From contig CABRZY010000001.1 in assembly GCA_902475475.1 (NCBI GenBank), forward strand, positions 1 to 50,674: a DNA stretch of 50,674 nucleotides, read 5' to 3'. The DNA comes from an uncultured Collinsella sp. GTDB taxonomy: Bacteria > Actinomycetota > Coriobacteriia > Coriobacteriales > Coriobacteriaceae. The position numbers and the translations under genes were made by a program. Positions within the stretch are counted from its first letter, which is position 1. Every line of letters begins with the position of its first letter. This document shows, one piece after another, positions 50,543 through 50,674 of the stretch. The notes under the pieces are model-generated. The model was given only the letters and a program-made list of their open reading frames with translations. It had not been told where the DNA came from and made no database searches.

Positions 50543-50674
50543 CTCCGAGTCCTAACTCCTGGTTCAAAATTTTCTTCGTTGTCGCATTCAATTCGTCGAG
50601 TGCCTGCTGTACGGCAAATTTCGATTTGTCGACCGAGGTAGCAAAGTCGGCGAACTCCTGTTGAAGAGGGAGCG
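50535..50674 (-). CDS. hsdS: 3' end of a type I R-M specificity subunit
   Basis: Minus strand reads LPLQQEFADFATSVDKSKFAVQQALDELNATTKKILNQELGLGDV*, a typical HsdS conserved helix; overlaps the hsdR start. Confidence 0.8.
   Translation of the reverse strand, partial: LPLQQEFADFATSVDKSKFAVQQALDELNATTKKILNQELGLGDV

Overview
High-GC gut actinobacterial chromosome segment. It looks Coriobacteriia/Collinsella-like from gene content and GC, which is inference. Left to right: (1) 3' part of a DUF4179-like gene; (2) rpsL-rpsG-fusA-rpsJ with no tuf; (3) a ~13.9 kb block that splits the S10 operon, holding birA, a Firmicutes-style FASII/ACC operon with fused accD-accA, an orphan PTS EIIC, a CDF transporter and a histidine phosphatase; (4) rplC to rplX, ending at a terminator before rplE; (5) Gfo/Idh/MocA plus DeoR, RluA plus U32/RlhA-like, RidA and a YheO-like regulator; (6) an anaerobic purine/urate module (NCS2 permease, ssnA, ygfK, polyferredoxin, Se-dependent xdh); (7) a defence-like island. 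In that island an AbiEi-like/DUF559-type nuclease gene is flanked on both sides by 62-bp-period hairpin arrays. It is followed by an ATPase-DUF234 gene with a 25-bp inverted repeat, an AAA_14-DUF4143 gene with five 23-bp tandem repeats, a candidate sRNA, a frameshifted DEDDh exonuclease and type I R-M hsdR/hsdS. The nuclease plus 62-bp palindromic array is the best candidate for an undescribed system. All family calls come from motif recognition, not database searches.
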